In this document: positions 1-15,213 of the stretch, piece after piece
Layout: the number at the start of each line of letters is the position of its first letter
How positions within the stretch are numbered: the stretch's first letter is position 1
Made by a program: the position numbers and the translations under genes
Origin: Vairimorpha necatrix
Lineage: Eukaryota
Reading direction: 5' to 3'
Assembly (NCBI GenBank): GCA_036630325.1
Contig: CP142728.1
Span: forward strand, 992,001-1,056,000
DNA: 64,000 nt
The notes under the pieces: generated by a model
The model's database searches: none
What the model was told of the DNA's origin: nothing
The model's input: only the letters and a program-made list of their open reading frames with translations

Positions 1-2528
1 ACAACAGTTTGACAGAGTGATACGGGATTGTCGGTCTCTCTTATATATACCAGAAAGCATCGCAGAAAAGATGCTAACTTCACCTTCTGCATAGTCAGAA
101 GGTCAAGAAAAAAAGAAATTCCTGGAGCCATGGATATACTTGGCCTGGAAATATTAAAAGAAATTTCAACTCGTGATAGAGTGGAGAATAAAAGAAGAAG
201 CAAGTCCATAGATAAGGATAAACTCTGTAGTATTAACATCGATTATTTCTACGGAAAGAAGGAGAAATGAGAAATTCTCCGTAAAGCAGAAAAGCCAACA
301 GTCTTATGTCTTCAAGAAACTTGGAAGAAATCCTTAGGTTCTACGAGACTAGAAAAGTATATGGTGGTGGAGACACCAGCCATAGGAAAAAATCGGCCGG
401 GTCTAATGACTCTGGCTAGAAAAAACGGGGCAGTAAGATGTTCCAAGAAAAGGAACGACGACAATATTCTGCAAACTGTCGTTGAATTCAAAACTAGTAC
501 GGGATGGACAAAGATTTTAATAGTCAATGAATTCTTCCTACAAGAGAGAGTTAAAGGCCGAAACACTAAGTAAAGCAATCAACCTTCTTAGTATTGAGAA
601 GGATAAAAGAAACTACAAGGAGATTGTAGTTATGGGAGATATGAATACTAGTGATTCTTCCATCAAAAAGAAGCTTGCTATTGCAGGGCTTACCCCTGCA
701 ATAAGCTATAACAGATTATCAGGGACAAGAATCCCGAGCGATGCACAAGTCTCTAAAAGACGTTTTGATAAGATATTTAGGGTCTTTAATCAGGACAACG
801 AGAAAATAACAATTTCTCGAAGATGGGCGGTAATTGATCATCTCTTGCTAGAGAATGATATATCTTCCTCCTCCTGCGAGAGAACGGCCATTTGCCTACA
901 ATAGGAAGAAACTTGAGCATCGAGGAATGGAAGCTAAGCTTTTAAGAAAGTTGGATGAAAAAACATTCACACTAGATTAACTCTCTAGAGTTTTAAAAGA
1001 AGTTTGTATATTCTCCAAGATATACAGTAAAGTAGGGACATTTAAAGGATTGCCCACCAGATGGAGATTTTAAATGTTTTTAAAAGTTTTAGATATGCTA
1101 CTAAGCGTATGCTAATGAATAGGTTCGTAACGTCTGTGCATAGGTACATGATACTGAAGGATAAGGGGTAGACGACAAAGATAAAAGTTCGGAAAGATCG
1201 GGCCATTCTTTGGGCCTTCGGGGGCAATGAGCTCTATAAAAGTAACAGATCCAGAGACTTCTGGAAATGGTTATTAAGTTCTTCTAACGTCACTGTTAGA
1301 TTAGACACGTTTGCTTGAAAGATGTATCTTTTTCTTTTTTTGCAAGTAAGAGGTAGGAAGAAACCTTACATATGGACAAGAGGGACTTGGGTGTGATCCT
1401 CATCTAACTGGTACTGTGAGATTTTTACTCACTAAAACTTCCTCCATACAACTTTCCGGTGCAGCAAGCTTCGACGTATCCATTGGACTTTGGCTCCGGG
1501 AGAACACTTTCCATTTATACCTCAAATCGCGTCCAGAGTGACCTCACAGCGGATATTCATTACGGGCATGGTTATCTATACCCCGAGGAGAGACATAATC
1601 GTACTGACTCGAAGGTCCCTACAATCATCCGTATTGTACACACGGCTACTTACGCGGCCACATAACCAGCCCGGCGTTTTTATTGGGCTGCGTTGACCAC
1701 CAGTCCCACCAGTTTCGGCCACCTTGTTACAGAATCTTGTAGGATAGGGTCCACGAGACCTTCTATTGCCCCACTTACTCTAGTCTCTTAGTTAGCTCTA
1801 GGATCCCACTCTAGAGTGCACCGGCCATGGGCTCCAACTAGGCCGTACCCATTAGATACTTTTATGTATCAATAAGTCACCACAAGAGTGATGCTGTTTT
1901 TTGGCTTTGAGATGCATTTCTACACTAGATGCTAATCCCCTTGTGGTTGGACACACACAAGTTTTATTAAATCAACTTAATGATTATCGTGGACATTTTC
2001 ATCATCTGAGTTGTTCCAACTGCATCATAGAAAGCAGAAACAATTTTGGTGCCCCTGGGAATCGAAACCAGCCATTGCTCAATAAAACATTGCATTCTAC
2101 CATTGTGCTAAGGGCACTCTGAAAGATGTGTCAAGCATGGCTCATAACGAGCATAAAAATAAGTTAGAGATGGCCAATGACTTTTACGCTAATCCAACTA
2201 ATTCAATTGCAGACGTTGAAAATGTCTATCAAAAGAATATCGAAAGGGATACTTCAGAGAACATCACCATGGAGAAATTATTGAGAGCACTAATATCTGT
2301 GGTAACAACAAGGCAGCTGGGCCGGATGAGATTCCGGCCGAGATATACAAGGTACTACTTAAACCTAGTTTAGTGGATAAAAAGCTCTCTGTTACTAGTG
2401 AACGAGTATAACAGAATACTAACAGGAGACAGCCCTCCTGTTAGCTGGAGTGCTGCTGACATTATTTGCCTCCATAAAAAGAGATTTGTCAGATCTCAAC
2501 AACTATAGGGAATTGCGCTAATTAATAC
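1..2528 (+). pseudogene. Degenerate LINE ORF2 fragment (APE endonuclease to start of RT), related to the LINE at 43.5-48.9 kb; interrupted by a SINE and ending at LTR element A
   Basis: Broken ORFs match ORF2 at 45142-48867 (CLQETW, PGLMTLARKNGAVRCSKK, VMGDMN, KLEMANDFYA, and a YRGIALINT-like end); many frameshifts and stops. Confidence 0.85.
1329..2119 (-). mobile_element. tRNA-derived SINE, copy 1 (~790 bp)
   Basis: Minus-strand head GTGCCCT-TAGCACAATGGTAGAA...GGTTTCGATTCCCAG-GGGCACCA (A box, B box, acceptor stem); A-rich tail; flanking duplication tgaaagatgt(a/g)tc at 1316-1328 and 2120-2132; homologous to 20976-21764. Confidence 0.85.
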
Positions 2529-5500
2529 TTTAGAAAGTGCCACACATGTCAAATATATTGTGTCTTTGTTTTGATACATTTGACTTGTTCGTTCTTAAAT
2601 ATTTTATGATGAATAAACTCATGTTTTTATTCCAACAATTTGGCGAGAACGACAAGAAATATTTAATATTTAGAAATGAGGACATGGATGACCCACAGCA
2701 GTTCTTGGAGGACATGCTAGAGGTGTAGAGGTTGCAGGAGTACAGTGACGGTAAACTGATGCCCCTGTTTAAAATGTCTTTAAAAGAAGAAGCGAGAGAC
2801 TGGGTTAATTCACTGCCCTTAGGACTTGGATTTGACAAGGTGATTGGAGCATTTAAAGAAAGGTTCTTTAGTAAAATGCAGCTAAAAATTTGCATTGATA
2901 AACTCTTCGCTTTAAGATACAACGGGGCTTCATTTTGAATTATCTAGATAAGATGGCGGGACTAGCACGCAAGGGTAACGTTCCCATGAGCATTTTATTG
3001 CTTTTGCGCTAAAGGCGCTATCCAATGATTTAGCAAGCATAATTCTAGTGAATAACAATGATTCGTTATCGTGGGGGTACATCTATAGAGCTTTGAGTAA
3101 TGTAAAGTCCGAGAATGTTCCAAGACACTCAGAAGTAATGCGTGGAGAGCCTTTGAAAGTAGATGCTATTAAAGGCAAGGTCTGGCTTAAAAATAATGAA
3201 AAAAACGGGTAAGAATGGGTTGATTAAGTGTTTTATTTGTGGAAAGAGACCATATAGTTGCACAATGCAAATTTAATACCTTCCGTAAGAATCTTAGAGT
3301 TGTAGAAAAGGTCGCGGAGAAGGAAGAAGAATACGAGGAAAACGACTCTAATAAATTTATTTTTAACTATTCCAGTTCAAAGTTTAATGACATTAGAACA
3401 ACACTTAAAGCTGCGTCACTAAACGATGCAGAAGTTAAGTTTAAAGTACTCAGCGATACAGGAGCTGATATAAATTTGATCAGACCAGAGCTTTTGCCAA
3501 AGAAAACAGTTGTTAATCGTTCGAAACAACAGCTTGGGGCAGCCAATGGATCGAAAATAAAGATCATTGGGGAAACAGTAATCAATATTAAAATTGAGGG
3601 CATGATATTCGAAGATAAATTTATTATTACTAGGGATATCTCAATTCCCTGCATTATAGGACAAGGGTTACTCGACAAGTATAAGATAAATTTAAAATTC
3701 GGAAATAACAAAATGGAAATCGAATCTGGACATTTGGCAAAAGGGAAAGCTATGGGTATCACAAAATTATAACGAAGGATGATAACCCAATACTATCTCA
3801 GTTTATACAAGCTGGGGGAGCAAAAGAGGATATTGCGTCTCATTTAGTGAAAGAGTATTTAAAACTTGGAATGGTTAGACCCAGTGTAAGCGCATGAGAG
3901 GTCCGATTATTATAGTCTCCAAAAAGAATGGCGATCATAGGTTATGTGTTGATTATCGAAGATTAAATGATGCGATCATCGATGACGCGTATCCAATGCC
4001 CTGCGTAGAAGAGTTCATCAATGCCCGAGAGGGAGCAACGTATTTTACTAAATTAGACGCTGAATATGGCCATCACCAAATAGATATGGCGCCTTGTGAT
4101 ATTGAGAAGACAGCTTTTGCCTGTAGAGAAGGTCTATTTGAATTTACAAAAATGCCATTTGGACTTGTCAATGGCCCGGCTACATTTCAGTGGGTGATGA
4201 ATGATATATCGAGGGAATTTTTGTTTAAGTTTGTTGTATTATACATGGATGATATACTAATCTGTAGTAAAACTGTAGAAGATCATAAGATAGACGTTCA
4301 AATAGTATAAAAAAGCTCAAGTCGGTAGGACTGAAACTTAATAAGAAGAAATGCGAATTTAATAAGACCGACTTAAAAATCTTAGGACATGTAATATCAA
4401 AGGAAGGAATAAGGGTGGCTGAAGAAAGAGTGAGAAGTATTCAACAGCTACCAATCCCGAAAAATAAAAAAAAAAGCTACAAACATTGTTGGGATTGTAT
4501 AATTACTGTGCGAAATTTATAAAAAATAGTCATAAGGTGGTTAGCCCACTATTTGATATAATCAGGCTCAAGAACGAGGAAGCAGATAGTTTCTGGAAAA
4601 ATGTAGAACAAAATACTAAATATCGTAAGGATATTAAAGAGGTAAAACAGGCCATGAAGAAAACGGCCTTGTTGACTATCTCAAACTGGAAGGATAAGTT
4701 CATTCTGACTACAATTAGATCAAACGAGGGATGTGGTGCCACATTGGCACAAATAATTGGAGAAAAAGAAACAATTTTTTCTCATTACAGCTCCTTACAC
4801 TCGAAGACGGAAAATAATTAATCCACGACGGAACAAGAACTATTGGCGGTAATAAAATCTATTTAACACTTCAGATAATACTTATTATTAGGCAAATTTA
4901 CATTAAAAACTGATCATCAAGCTCTGGAATATTTGTTTAAGTCTAGAAACGTTAAAGCCAGGTTGGCTAGATGGTCGTTGATTTTACAAGATTTTGACTT
5001 TGATGTTGAATATATAACAGGACCATCAAATCATACAGATCACCTAAGCAGAGAATTTATAAAGGAAGAAGAGAAGGTTCATCAATTAAATTTAGTACAA
5101 AATAAAAACCTTAAAAAAGAGAGAACATTGGCATTACTGAGGTTTATCATGATTATTTAGGTCACGGATCAAAACAGAACATTAAGTTTAATATCGGACA
5201 AAAATACTCATGAAAGCATATGAATAAAAACATAGAAGACTATATTGACAATTGTTGTTTTTGTCAAAAGGAAAAACCACAGAGAAAATTTAAGGATATT
5301 ATGCCGGTGGTAATAATAAATTAGAAGAGAACTGGAAATTGAATATGGTAGGTCCTCTGAAAGAGAGTGAGCAAGAAAATAAGTATTTATTAACAATGAT
5401 TGACCATTTCTCAAAAATTGCAGGGGTTGTGCCGGTTTATACAAAGGATATGAATACGGTTATTCATTTGATTGATAAACATATAGTCAGAAAACATGAT

Positions 5501-6219
5501 ATTCCGAAGGCCATTCTAACTGATAATGGCAAAGACTTCAAAAATAAAATCTGTGATGAATATGCAAAGATTAATAATTTTATCTGGAAGTATGGTCCCC
5601 CCTATAAACCAACGACCACGGGGCTTGTGGAGAGATTTAACAGAACAATAGGCTTAAAATTAAGGAAAATTACGGAATTTGGGAAATCTGATTGGCGAGA
5701 TGCGTTCCTAAATTGGTCAAGGCTTATATGCAGTCGTACCATAGAGCTATAGGCTGCGCTCCAGTAGAACTTATCACAAGAATGACACTTAATGTTATGG
5801 ACCTACAGGAAGGGATTAAGACCTCAAAAGAAAAGGAAGAGTATCAGGAACAGGCAATTTAAAATTTACAAGCCTACAGACGTGAATATAACACGAGCGG
5901 AAAGAAAAATGATGAGAGTAAGGAAACTATCAAGGTAAGAGATAGAGTCTGGTACTATTTAATTCTCCTGATAAGAGGGAAACTTGAACCTAAATGGGAA
6001 GAAAAGGAGTGGTAGTAGAACAAAAATTTCATTCATTTAAAGTTTTATTAGATGGTGGAAAGACTGTTACGGCAAGCCGAAACTATGTAAAGCTTTTAAA
6101 GGAGGGGTAGTGTAGGAAGTGCCACACATGTCAAATATATTGTGTCTTTGTTTTGATAAATTTGACACATTGTTTCATAAATATTTTATAATAAATAAAC
6201 CCATGTTTTCATTCCGACA
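2529..6219 (+). mobile_element. Ty3/Gypsy LTR retrotransposon A (decayed), ~109-bp LTRs, tRNA-type PBS
   Basis: Diverged LTRs 2529-2637 and 6111-6219; TGGCGAGAAC 3 nt after the 5' LTR; polypurine tract before the 3' LTR; fragmented gag, PR (SDTGA), RT (YMDD), RNase H and integrase ORFs. Confidence 0.9.
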
Positions 6220-7846
6220 CTATTATGCCTAAGCTTGCGTAAGCACGATCATTTATACTTGATTGGGACTAACTTCAAATGATTTTTCTGTCTTTTTTGT
6301 ATGATAATTTGGTTTATCTTGTCATCTTTTTTATTTGCGTCCGCATGTAATCCTGATTCCCGTATTGTTTTTGTTTCTTTCAACGTTAAAATTAGTATTT
6401 CCAGGCAGGGGTCATTTTTGATTGACTCATCGTCAGCGGTATCTTCTTAAACTTTAATCTGCTTCAAGTTTAGTAACATAATCTCGAAAAGGGATTTTGT
6501 CTTGTTGCATAAGTGTGGTATGACCACATGTTTTCAGAGTGACAAATCAATAAGGAAACGTCAAACAGTTTTAAAACACGCCAATAACTAGAAAAAGCTA
6601 ATGGTCCAGTATGAAACATCAAAGAGTGTTTCGTGATCCACAACTATAAAAAGCAAAATTATGTTGTAGATACAAATCTATGAAGAGAAACTCAAACGAA
6701 CACTCTACAGCTAACCATATACAAACAAAAACTATTAACAATAAACCATTTAAAAAACTAACATTAATTCTATAAGTGTACTGGAACATTTTTACCAGCA
6801 CGGATACGTCAATAAACTAGATAATAGATAAAAGTTAATATTGTTCGTTGTTGATTCGTTGTTGTTGATTCGTTGTTGTTGATTCGTTGTTGTTGATTCG
6901 TTGTTGTTGATTCGTTGTTGTTGATTCGTTGTTGTTGATTCGTTCGTTGTTAAATCGTTTGTAATTTTCATGTGACCGTTATCCTTAATTCGTTTTGTTG
7001 CGTGATTTTGAGTATGTAACGATTTTATTTTGTTTAAATTTTTTCTGTTGTTTTAGTCTTTAGAAGACGATGCAATCTTTTGTATGATGTCTGGATGTCT
7101 CGTTGTATTCCCAATTGATACTTCGATGACGCAGCTAATTCACCTTTGATTTAAACTAAATTACATTTTCCAAATTATCTGAAAATGGTATCCACGCGAT
7201 ATCCTCGGCTCTTTTTACGAATTGATCCCAAGTTTGGTTCGTCTCTGCTGCTTGATAAAGAAGGGCTTTGATTTCAGCTGGGGATTTGTTGATAACGATC
7301 TGTGTGAGTGGTATTATGTTCATATAGTGTTTTTTTATAGTATTGTTGAGTTTTTAGCAACTCCGTAAATTCATCTCTTGTTGTTAGAGGATTTTGTAGC
7401 AAGAATTTTAATGCTATATATGTGCTCTTCGGGCAACTGAATCGCGTTTAAGGGTCATTTAAGCTCGAGAAGTCCCATATCGTCAATTATTTCATCAAAG
7501 GGTTCTGCAGCCCAGCTTAGGCCTCTTCCTCTTAACTGTAGTAAAATAAAGTTTGATGCTTCGGCATCCGAGTGCTTCATAATCTTGATATAGATAGTAG
7601 GTCTTGGATTAAGATGGATAAATCTTCATTCCATTCCCGCTAAAAGTTTGTATTTCTTTTGTCGTTGTCGCCATGTTGAAAAGAGTAGATGGAGTCTGTA
7701 CGAAACTGCATATTTATTAGAAAACTTTTGCTTTTATATTAAAGACTGAAACACTGATCTGTGATATCAAATTTGGTTTACCAAACTTGTGGTGATAAAG
7801 TTTGATATCTGATTAAAAGCGATGATTGGTAACTAGAGGTACAACA
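6220..7846 (-). mobile_element. Truncated Gypsy remnant J (5' LTR, PBS and degenerate gag)
   Basis: Putative LTR 7674-7846 (TG...CA). On the minus strand it is followed by TGGCGACAAC and an ORF start MATTTKEIQTFSG, resembling element E (MATTTKNANYFSG). Left boundary uncertain. Confidence 0.6.
6857..6940. repeat. Minisatellite (CGTTGTTGTTGATT)x6
   Basis: Six perfect 14-bp units with partial units on either side. Confidence 0.95.
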
Positions 7847-7983
7847 ATTATAATACAAATTTATAAATGTAAGTAGTTATATATGTTTTGTTTGGGGACA
7901 ATATCCTACTTACTTATTACTTTTCACAAGATACATTCACTATTTATTTAGGCAGTTCTCAGAGGTCCTCCTTGAAACCACAA

Positions 7984-8750
7984 GGTGCTCTTGGCCCTGA
8001 TCAAATACTATGCGTTCATTACGCAATGACACGGTTCGAGTATATATATATATATCTATATATATATCTAAAAGTGTTCTACTTTTTACGGTACAGTAAT
8101 AGCATATCAGATGATTAAAATGTTCACAATCATTGTTGAGTTGATTTAATAGAACTTGTTTGGATTAAGCCACAGGAGACTAGCATCTAGTTTTGAAACG
8201 CACACAGGCCGAAAAGCAGCATAATCCACGTGATGACTTAGTTTTGCATAAAAGTATTTAATGAGTAAGCTTAACTGAAGCACTCTAGATTTAGATCCTA
8301 AAACTAACTACGAACTTAGACGAAGTAGGCAAAAAAGTTTCGCGGTCCCTAACCTACGAGAGATTGTAATACGGTTGCCGAAATAAGTGGGAGATTTATT
8401 GTCGAAGCAGTTTAATAAAATGCCGGTCTTGTATGTGACGTCTAACTCATGTGTGGGATAAAAATGATTTGAGAACCTTTAAGTTAGTACTATGATGTCT
8501 TTCTTTAAGTTTTAGAAAACCATTCTCGTTATGACATCCGATGTGAGGTCCTCTGGACGCGATTTGATATATGAATGTAAAATGTTCTTCTGAAGACAAA
8601 GTCCAATGGAAACGCGAAGCTTGCCGCAGCGACAAGTTATATGATGAGGGCTAGAAATTAAGAATCTCACATTACAAATTAAATAAGAATCGCTTTTAAA
8701 TCCCTCTGGTCTCTATTCTGGTTTCTCTCTACTTCGGATTTGTGAAAAAA
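7984..8750 (+). mobile_element. tRNA-derived SINE, copy 3 (old, diverged)
   Basis: Colinear similarity to 20976-21764 (tagcatctag, cactctagatt, ctctggacgcgatttga, aaagtccaatgga, aagaatctcaca, tccctctggtc); head remnant ending GGTTCGAG and interrupted by (TA)n. Confidence 0.75.
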
Positions 8751-11700
8751 CAATGAGGTCCAGCGAAATAAAAAACTCTAGTCCTTATCATGTAGCCTTT
8801 ATGCGAGCCAAAAACGAAACCACCAACAATGAAATCATAAAAATTTACTTTTGGCATTTGGGGACTTTTTTAAAAAATAATTAAAATTTTTTTGGGCCTT
8901 GTAAAACAGAACCTGTTATTTTTTATTTCTACTCTCAATCATTTTGGTGTTAGATGGTAAATAAAACCGATTACAAAAAGTGTTTTTTCATAGAATTAAC
9001 CATTACATACAACAGAATAAAAAAAATTATGAAAAAAAGAACGACCTTGTTTATATTACTACAACGAATACCACATAAAAACTATTATCATTGTGATTTG
9101 ATAAGGAAGAAGAGCAGCAGCGCTAGTGTCAATAATATCCTGACAAAATGGCCCGACGATAGAATTTATTGTTACATCGCATTCAATTTACTCAGAAGTA
9201 CCTCCTCTGGGTTGTGCCAAGAACGATAACAATTTGTCATTGTTTATGAAATCAACATTATTTGAAACTTATGAGATTATGTTGATCTTTGAAAAAACGA
9301 TAAAGAAATGAAAATAATATGCTTATACCGAGTGCAATCTTGCAGTATATAGTTTTCTTTGGGACATGAACATTTTCAGTTTACTTATAGATAAAATAAT
9401 AAAAGGATTCTATTTAAGAACTAAAATTGCAAAAACTAGTTTTTTATTTACAAACAACAAATATTTGATAACTTTTCGGCTTTCAGTGTCACTAGTTTTT
9501 AAATACATCTATATTTTGCTCTTTAATCGGTATTTTCTCCTATAACTCTGATCTAGCTCTCTTTGGTCTTTTCAAAGTTATTGATAAATTTTATGTTCAA
9601 TTAATGGAAGGGTTTAGTACTTCTTCTTTTATTTCGTAATAATAATGTAATACATTTTCTAAATTAACATATGAAGCACATCTTGATAAAAATCGATAAT
9701 AAAGATAAATCAGACTTATAAAATTTATTTATAATGACTTATTGTCAAAGGAGAGCAGATCACATTCATCTTATTAAAAGTAAAAAAATACATGTAATAT
9801 TAGCAAGGTAATAGCTTTTTTAAAATTTTTATATGACGTTGTCTAATATAAAACTAAGATGTATATATATGTTCTCCAAAATATATATTTCTAGTATTAA
9901 AAAATAGGTTTTAATTATCATATAGTATTAGTTTATGCAAATATTTATTTGTATATTATCATCGGGATGTAAGAATAATTTAAAAAAGAAAAAAATAAAA
10001 AAAATTAAAAAAGACTTACAATTTATTTTAGATAGTAAAAAATAATGGTTTATAGACCAAATTTCTGGTATTTGTATAACAAAAGGATGAGTAAAAGGAG
10101 CTCATAGTGTTCTTCCTGGTTTGTTCCATGTCTAGGTCCTATATTTTTCTCTAAAAACCCCCAAATCCACACAATTTGCATGGTATTGTGTCCCATGATA
10201 GTTAAGGTTTACAAAATTGATGACGCGATTCACAGTCCTGTGCGCCATTTCAGTGATTTATCTAATGCGGAATCATATGATACCATTACTAATGATCACA
10301 GTAGGACTAGTTATACATATTGTTTCCCCTCAAGGAGAAAAGATACATTTCTACTAGACACAGGACAAGCAAGGCGCACGCTGGTTATGCATTATTCAAT
10401 TTTTTAAATGAACTTTATTATCTGCTATTCAAAAAAACACTCTTTTTCGACAACTTTTGTTCTTACCAATTTTGTCATTTTTTTATAGGGGTTCATTCAA
10501 AATTTCAAAGCGGGTTCCTAACAGTCATGTATTAAATAATGCTATCATACGTTTTATGGAGCATATGTCACTAAAAACTTCATTACTATAATCAAAAAAA
10601 AATTCAATCGTATGAGTGTCGAATATAGTTATATTTTTATAGTTTTTTATTCGTTGTTCAAAATTATAACAAAAACAATCAAATAATCTAATTGGAATTT
10701 GTTTATGATAAATGGCGATTCGATTTATTATTTATACTTTGTGCATACTAGTCTGCAGAATATATTTCCTTCTCAATTATATTATATGAACTTGAAACGA
10801 TTTCCAACAATTATGTTAAGGGCCTTTGTAATTGTTTAATCTTGTTCCCCCTTTCTATACTTTTTTTTAAATTTAATAAAACTATTAGTCAACAATAACG
10901 TGGATATAAATTTGGTGATAAATTAGAAAAACATCACAATTTTTACAATATTTAAATTTTTACTTAAATAAGAAATTTCTGACATTTATTTTATTTAACT
11001 AAATGACTAGTACAATTCAGGTTTGTTTATAAATATGGTAATTAATAAAATTTTAACAAAAAATAAACGATTAAAAAATGAAATGTCAAAAATCAATTAT
11101 AAAAATTTGGAAGATCTCGTCAGCATTAAAAGTAAAACAAGCTTTTATCAATCTACAAATTATTACGGAGTAATATTAGCTCCATAAGACGAACTATGCC
11201 TCTAAAACAAAATTGAAGACCGAATCTTACTTAGATACTATAAATGAGGAAAGAAATTAAATAGAGTTTTGTAAGAGAAATCACATCAAGAAATATGTAT
11301 AACCCCCAAACAACGTTTTAGAATACAACAAAATAACAACTCATAGAATTTTATTTAACTTTATGAAGAATGAGATAAATTTTGTGGTATAATGGATTAT
11401 ACCACATGTTCTTAATTAACCAATGGAAACTAAAACGTTGATTTTTCACCGGAACGATCAATGATGGGCAGCTATTATTGATTAGTTATATCACATTTGC
11501 TTCTATTGGTTACTCTAACTATAAATAAAGAAAATCAATCAACATTATGGTACATCACTCGAGCACTAACAAACACTATTCCTTCTATAATTCAGATAAG
11601 CCAAACTCTTTTTGTAACAATAAATAATCTTTTTCTTCAAACTAAATAAACTCCGGTTTTCACGGCACTCCAACCCGTAGCATCATTAAATGCTTCCTTG

Positions 11701-14700
11701 CCACAGGCAAGCTCCCCGGTAAACACGCCAAACATCAATGTATCTTCCACCTGGTTGTTTGAAGTGAACAATCATGATAGGTCCTCATAAACTCATTATT
11801 TCCTACAGAATAGAAATATGTTTTGGAAAAAAGAGTGGGAAGTCTGTACTGTGATAAATAATAGACTATAAATCATTATACTAGCATGTGATCGATTCTG
11901 AAAATTTGTTTATGGAAATACACACAATAGTAGGTATACGTTTTACTATTTATGTGTATAAAATGGGGTTTAAAAGAATAAAAAGAAACGTGAATAACAT
12001 TACAGGAGATCATGTAGGATGATCAGCTATACTATGTGTGAATACAATAATTTTATAGATATATAAATTAACAATTTCCTTCTTTAATTCATGTGTTTAT
12101 AACGAAGCAAATATAATAAATGCTTTTATTTTTAAGATCATTATTTATAAAATTAAGAGGTAAATATATAAATTTTTAAATAATACAACAAATGCTATGC
12201 GGATTTATCAATTATAATGTTCTTTTTATGATAGTCGAGAATTATATTATAAAAGTGATGGGCACCCTGTAAAAAAATTAGGTCTAATTGAAACACCTGA
12301 GGTAAGAATAGTAGTATATGTAATGAGAATGATTTTTAGAGGTATCATTATATCACAGAATGTACACCAGAAAGATATAAGTACTAACCGGTTCTAAACT
12401 AACATCTAATCTATTGTGCGAAATATTGATTAAGAGTCCAATACTAGGGTAGACGATAAAGTTTGGCATGGAAGACGCTGGGAAAAACTGCTTAGAGCGT
12501 AAGTCCACTATCTGGGAAACAGCCCGAGTTAAGAATAAAAATTGAAGAAAAGCCCAAATACCAATAGAGCTTTAAACATTAGCATTACTGCTGTTTTTAA
12601 TCTATTAAGAGTAGAACAACTTAAGCGAAAATGAAATATATATGTTATTACGAGAAGCAAAATTGTAACGACAAACATTTTTACTAAAAAAATAATGGCC
12701 TTAGGATAATATCAAATAATTAATCCATGCATAAAAATATAATAGTATTATTTTATAGGACTTTATAAATATTTTAGCTCGTAGAATCAACAACAAAAAT
12801 CTATACATTTAAGATACAACTATTATAAAATCTTTTCACGCTAGAAAAACATACAATAAAGTGCGGATCTCAAAATGTTCGGTCTATGAGGGCATATAAT
12901 ATTTTAATAGATTATAATCTACAGCGAAATTGTCGTCTGTAGTATAAAAATCGGTCAAGATTTACTACTCAAAGAAAGTAAATAAAAACGTAAACAAATT
13001 ATGTTTAATGTAAGAAATACTATATATCGATTTTTAAATATAAGTAAAATTGAGCAGCGTCGATAAAAAACATTTTTGCGTATACATAGTAATTCTAAGG
13101 GTTAAAGTGGAAAAGAAAGAATACATAAAAACATAAACGATATGTTAAAAAAATTTAGAGCATCGAAAAACAACTTGACTTTTGGTAGTTTAGAAGACTT
13201 CGAATTTGTAAAAATCAACGTTGACGATTAAAAATAGGTATGTATGTTCTGGTATGTGTCTAACCTACAAAAAGACAAAAACTTTGCCCGATATCGCAAA
13301 ACAAATTCTTGTGGAATCAAATAAAAGAAATTTTATATTTTCATATATTTTTTCTTATTAACAAAAGCCTAATGGTAAGTTCGAAGCTAGCCCAATGCTT
13401 CAAATCATGGATAAAATATCGGTTTCCGATATTTTCATAAACAAAATGGTAAATGCAAAAATAGTATAATAACAAATTTTCATACATTTTGCTTGACGAT
13501 TTCAATTCATGATGTATCCCATAATATAACTTGTATGATCTTATGTAGCGTTATACTGTTTGACATTATAGCATACTTCATATTGTCTACAATGAAAAAA
13601 ATTTAACAACCACCAGTCCACTATTTTATATATCAGGTATTTTTCGACGCACGTAAAAGGCAAAGCTGATGTTGCGTTTAGATTGGGTACAAGTTTATAG
13701 ACGGTATCGAAAAAAAATAAGATTAATTTCTTTCATCCTTGGTCGCGGAAAATTACATACAAGTAACATAATGGATAATAAATCTTTTGATCATATTAAT
13801 TTAGAGACATCAAACACGTTGGAAACTTATTTTTTATGCAGTTTGGTGAGCCCTTTAGGAAGGTAATGCTTGAGTTTAAATTCCAGCTACTTTAGATTTT
13901 ATAACTGTTAGCTTCAAAAAAAGAAAAAATCAAATACGACAAACTTGAATAGATATTTTCTGTAATATTTTTTCGATTGAGAATGGGCGATTACTGCACC
14001 AATATCATCATATATATATATAAGAAGTTCATTCAATTTTTACCTCTTTTTTGTGGTTTTAAGCCCCTAAAAAATACACTTATGAATTTTGATGTTAAAA
14101 TGATTTTAAATATAGATTTAAAAATATAATTGTGCAACTATATTACAATAAATTTTTTTTATTTTTCAATCAAAAATTAGTTTCTAAATACCGTTAGAAT
14201 CGTTTTTAGGATTAATTAAACCTCTCCACAAAAAATTGCAATAACACTAAACCAATGAAGATTTGAATATAAATGCAAAAGTAGGGCTTTAGATGTCAAA
14301 AATCATCCAATTATGATTTAATTGTATTTTATCTCTACTTTAATCATTAAATGTTACTTAAAAAGTGTTTTAAAAACTCGCAATCTCATTTTAAATTCTC
14401 TCTCCCAAAATGGAAATTTAAAAAAACCTGAGCTACATATTATAAAACTCAACATTTAATCCCGTTTTCAAAATGTGCAGCATACATTGTACAATGATAA
14501 ACAAATATTAATGAATTTATTGTGGAATATTAGGAGTCTACTTCGGACAGCTGCACGGAATATCTGAAGAAAGTATTTAGAGATACAATCATACAATAAA
14601 AATCTGGAATTATTCTATTATGAATGCCCTTATGAAGAACATATTGATACAGTGCATCAAACTTTATATAAACATGTAACCTTACAAATGCCATAAATTC

Positions 14701-15213
14701 TCAGCAATAAAAAGTTGATAAATTAAAATCATTGAAAAGCAAAATGATTCTTTATGAATAAACAAAGCACAACTGAAATTAAGATCTTTTTAAATAAGAA
14801 TAAATGATGAAAAAAATGTAGATTATTTTTTTATATTTTAGATATCATATTTTACGTAAATAAAACTCTCTGGCCCCAAAATAAAGAACAAAGTATATGC
14901 TATCCTATAAGTGGTACGTTTTATAGTAATGAAGATCTCTCTCACAGTTCGTTTACAAAGATATGATTTTTAATTTATGTTCTACGTCCCCTCTACAGAT
15001 TAGATATGCAATTGTAGATCTATAGGCCATAAATAATATGTTTATTGTCATTATTTAATCTCTCAACAAAACTATTTATACAACATATGACTTAATTCTT
15101 GGCGCCAATTAGAATTGAGCGTATGAAAGCTGACATTTTTGATTATAAAGTTTCAATTTTAATTTGTTAGTCTGTATATAATAAAATAAAAGCTTTTTCC
15201 AAGAAACCAAGAT

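Noticed and set aside
1459-2122. Small ORFs in SINE copies (also 8447-8635, 20950-21279)
   Set aside because: Antisense to the SINE, and starts and stops are not conserved among copies.
6857-6940. CRISPR array or telomeric repeat
   Set aside because: Contiguous tandem units without spacers, and not a TTAGG-type repeat.
11390-11830. Possible minus-strand Merlin transposase relic
   Set aside because: Only weak motif hints (VWLI, PNRS); too decayed to support.
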